DNA of 41,930 nt from a virus. The stretch covers positions 1 to 41,930 of IMG/VR virus record IMGVR_UViG_3300029231_000022, one strand, 5' to 3'. The stretch's first letter is position 1. Each line of letters starts with the position of its first letter. The notes beneath the pieces are model-generated. The model ran no database searches and was not told the DNA's origin. It worked only from the letters and a program-made list of their open reading frames with translations. A program made the position numbers and the translations under genes. Below are positions 38,957-41,930 of the stretch, in pieces.

Positions 38957-40177
38957 CTATCCCGTCGGCAGCCCGACGATGTTGTTCACAAAATTAAAGT
39001 CCACTGTATCCGCGCTGAAACTGATTTTTCCGCCTGTGTCCAGCTTGATCCAGCAGTCGCTCCCCGCTCCTGCGTTGCTGATAAACAGATCGCCGCCCTT
39101 TGCCGTGATCCGCATCGCCGCCTCGGAGTTCAGCACCACCGCATACGCACCCGTGCTTGCCGACCCGATGGAAAGCCCGTCGTCGTCTACCAGCAGCATC
39201 AAATCGTTGATCTTTTTCCCGGTCACGTCGATCATGCCCGCATACGCCATCAGCTCGTCTACCTTTTCGTTCAGATCCAGCAGTGCGTCATACACATCCA
39301 CGTTCCCGAATTTGAGCGCATTCAGGCTCATCACGCCTTTTGCGTCCACCTTGCACTTCGTCCCGATGGAAAGCCCGCTCGTCCCGAAATACAAGCCCCC
39401 TTCCGCGCCGTAGCTGCTTTTGCCGTACCAGATGCTTGATCCCGTCACGTTCCACGGTCCGAGCTTCGACCCTTCCGCCGCCGTCAGCGTGCCGGTCAGC
39501 ACCGCCCCGGACGCCTCCAGTGTCCCGGATGGGAAGTGCAGCTTCTTTCCCGACAGATACGCCACCTTTAAGCCCTGCTGCCAGAAGGCGATTTCTCCCG
39601 GCGTCACGGTCACCACCTCGCCCTGCGTCTCGTCGATGACCTCGCCGTTCAGCTCCGTCTTTGTGGATATGTTCCCCACGCCTACGCCGTACACCGGCTG
39701 CGCGTTCTCGTCGTGGAATAAAAGCCCCGTCTTGACGTACTGCCGCGACGTCACGCCGTACCGCTCATCCTTGCTGTTGATGCCCGCCGTGTAATCAAAA
39801 AGCTGTGTAATGCCCTTGCTGTTGATCTCGATGGTCGCGCTCGTCGCCTCCGCGTACTCGCCGAACGTGGACTTTGCCACATACCCGCCCTGTAACGTCT
39901 TGGTGAACTGCTCGGAGTTCTCCATCGAAAAGTCCGCCGTCTTGATGATGAGCTGCTTGAGCGAGGCAAACGCGCTCTGTTTCTTTTCCTTCTCGGTCCT
40001 CAGTGCCGCGTCCTCGTTGATGCCCGTGGAAATTTCCTGCAAGATCGCCTCCGCCGACCAGTCCGCGAGATTCAGCTGGTCAATGATGTCCCGCATCGAC
40101 CGCTGTAATGCCGCGAGCTGCTCCTGCACCGACCCCTCTGTCCGCTTCGGATACGCTAAATTCAGGCTGCCCATCAC
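38957..40177 (-). CDS. Virion structural protein (406 aa), fibre/spike-like
   Basis: ORF overlaps the upstream gene by 4 nt. Coiled-coil N-terminus and beta-rich G/S/T-rich remainder. Confidence 0.6.
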   Translation of the reverse strand: MMGSLNLAYPKRTEGSVQEQLAALQRSMRDIIDQLNLADWSAEAILQEISTGINEDAALRTEKEKKQSAFASLKQLIIKTADFSMENSEQFTKTLQGGYVAKSTFGEYAEATSATIEINSKGITQLFDYTAGINSKDERYGVTSRQYVKTGLLFHDENAQPVYGVGVGNISTKTELNGEVIDETQGEVVTVTPGEIAFWQQGLKVAYLSGKKLHFPSGTLEASGAVLTGTLTAAEGSKLGPWNVTGSSIWYGKSSYGAEGGLYFGTSGLSIGTKCKVDAKGVMSLNALKFGNVDVYDALLDLNEKVDELMAYAGMIDVTGKKINDLMLLVDDDGLSIGSASTGAYAVVLNSEAAMRITAKGGDLFISNAGAGSDCWIKLDTGGKISFSADTVDFNFVNNIVGLPTG

Positions 40178-41930
40178 ACATCACTCCCCGCCTCCAGCAC
40201 GCGCGACAGCGAAAGCAGCCGGAAATCCCCCGTGCCGGATATTTTGAATTGCAGGTGGTCGCACCGCCGCGGGCGGATCGGGAGCAGAAACGATCGAATG
40301 CCCCGCCCCTCCATGTGCCCGCAGTGCCGCCACTGCTTGTCAGAATCATATTGCACCCAAAAATCGCACCGTGACCCCCGCGGAAGCTGCATCCGCAGAT
40401 TCAGCCGCGAGATGTATTTCTTGCCCACCAAGCCGTAGGTCATGATGCCGGTCTCCGCCCACCACGAAACAGGCGCTTCCGGCGTGCCCTCCTGCCCCAT
40501 CAGGTCCAAAACCGTCACGCTCCCGCTCTGATCCTTCGCCGCGTAGAGCGTATCCCTGCCGCTCGTGAGCGCTGTGAGCGTTTCTGCGCCGCTTTCCGCG
40601 TGCCATAGCCCCCGCATCGTGTCGTACACAAAAAGCCGCTGTGCGCCGTCCGGCGCGCTCATGGCGATGTAATACTTGCCCCGTGCGGTCGCCGCCATTG
40701 CGTTTTTGTAGAGGATGCCGCCCAGCGCGTCCGAAATGCGGGACGGCGCGCCCCCGTCGTAGCGGTACACGCCCAGCCGCGACTTGTAGTACAAAACGTT
40801 ATCGACCACGCACAGGCTCTTGCCCGACCCGTCCTGCACGCCCTCGCAGGTGAGCTGCACCACCTGATGTGCGCCCTTGCTGGACGGATACACCCTGTGG
40901 ATAAAATCCTCCTTGAAAAACATCGGGCTGTCGTTATACGTCGCCGCGCCCGTCCACTTCCCGTCCGTGCCGACGCTCGCCCGGTACGAATCGGTCGAAA
41001 TGCCCATGTAGCACTCCCAGTTGCGGAAGTCTCCCAGCTTGCAGCAGTAAATTTCGTTCAGCATATCGCCGTCCTGCCCCACGCCGTAATAGCAGCCCCA
41101 AAGCCGGTTGCCGCACTCCGTCACATAGTCCAGCTCCGGCAGGCGGCGGTTCGTGATAATTTCCCCGCTCGTCTGCTCTGCTGTGGTATCCAGAATGCCG
41201 GTGATGATGATGTAGTCGTCCGCCGCGCCGTATAAAACGTGCGACCCGTTCAGCGCCTTCGCCTGCTCCGTCCCTGTGATGCCGCTCAAAATGATCCCGT
41301 CGTACTGCTTCATGCCCACGCCGATGCCGCCGAGCGATAATTTCACATACGTCGTCGCCACCTGCACCCACTGTGCCGAGCTTGCCGACCACTGCTTGAG
41401 CGCGTGCGGCTCAGAGCCTGTGTCCACCCAATACATCCCGTTCGTGCGGTCTGTCGGCTCTGTGTCCGTCGCCGAGGCTGTAATGCCCGCCCCATCCGGC
41501 GTGCAGAGCGTGATCGTCAGCTTCGCCGCGCTCGTCGGCGTCACGGTGTTCTTGCGCGCCATGTACCCGGCGTCCATTGGTTTGAGCGTGTTGTAGTAAA
41601 TGCCGTCCGGGAATATGCAGAGGTAAGCGCCCATGCTCACGAGCTGCTTTTCCCCCGCCGTGAGCGTCACGCCCTGCGGCAGCTCCTGCAAAATGCCCCC
41701 GCAGTAAAGCCCTGGCAGCGTTGCTCCCTGCCACACATACCACAGCACGCCGTCCCGCGCCGTCCAGCCCAGGAGCGACCCTTCGCCCAGCGCCTTCAGC
41801 GTGCTCCGCCGCATACGCGGCGCAAGCATCGGGAAGTAGTCTCCCGTTAAATTCTCAAGGTCGTAAAACGCCCCGTCCTGTATCTGGAGGTTGTGGTCGT
41901 AGCCGTAAAAGACCTCCGTCACCGCCTGCT
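40174..41930 (-). CDS. Virion structural protein (596 aa when joined to 133..100), function unknown
   Basis: The ORF runs off the window end and continues at nt 100-133 through the 99-bp overlap. W/Y/G-rich, beta-rich appearance. Confidence 0.7.
   Translation of the reverse strand, partial: QAVTEVFYGYDHNLQIQDGAFYDLENLTGDYFPMLAPRMRRSTLKALGEGSLLGWTARDGVLWYVWQGATLPGLYCGGILQELPQGVTLTAGEKQLVSMGAYLCIFPDGIYYNTLKPMDAGYMARKNTVTPTSAAKLTITLCTPDGAGITASATDTEPTDRTNGMYWVDTGSEPHALKQWSASSAQWVQVATTYVKLSLGGIGVGMKQYDGIILSGITGTEQAKALNGSHVLYGAADDYIIITGILDTTAEQTSGEIITNRRLPELDYVTECGNRLWGCYYGVGQDGDMLNEIYCCKLGDFRNWECYMGISTDSYRASVGTDGKWTGAATYNDSPMFFKEDFIHRVYPSSKGAHQVVQLTCEGVQDGSGKSLCVVDNVLYYKSRLGVYRYDGGAPSRISDALGGILYKNAMAATARGKYYIAMSAPDGAQRLFVYDTMRGLWHAESGAETLTALTSGRDTLYAAKDQSGSVTVLDLMGQEGTPEAPVSWWAETGIMTYGLVGKKYISRLNLRMQLPRGSRCDFWVQYDSDKQWRHCGHMEGRGIRSFLLPIRPRRCDHLQFKISGTGDFRLLSLSRVLEAGSDV
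41832..41930. repeat. Second copy of the 99-bp terminal repeat
   Basis: Identical to nt 1-99. Confidence 0.95.

Overview
The window is a complete, circularly closed genome of a temperate tailed phage. The first 99 nt equal the last 99 nt, leaving 41,831 unique bp. The host looks like a GC-rich Gram-positive, probably Clostridia-like. That is inferred from a phage-encoded Prp protease, an XhlA-type lysis gene and an attP made of a tRNA-Lys 3' half. Coding is dense and mostly on the minus strand. An early / DNA-modification / replication block runs 17038 down to 7534 and holds Lar-like, Dam, PAPS-reductase-like, ASCH, HNH-like and HUH Rep-like genes. A packaging and head block runs 7347 down to 143: TerS, TerL, portal, Prp, scaffold, major capsid. 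The virion block continues across the junction from 41930 down to 24895. It includes a 2870-aa giant ORF and fibre / carbohydrate-binding genes. A lysis cassette (24792-23306) follows, then a strong terminator and three att-proximal cargo genes. The plus strand carries a lysogeny island (17114-21243): a membrane protein, an XRE repressor, an AT-rich membrane/Zn-ribbon moron, a membrane-anchored XRE protein and a Zn-ribbon tyrosine integrase. No sheath, tube or tape-measure chaperone genes are recognisable. The most unusual signal is a family of GC-rich multi-hairpin palindromic mini-elements at 12 loci. All copies share one orientation. Nine lie inside genes and are translated in-frame: six in the giant ORF and one each in three other proteins. 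The other three fill the only sizeable intergenic gaps in the minus-strand gene blocks. Functional calls rest on motifs read by eye and on gene order; no database search was possible.
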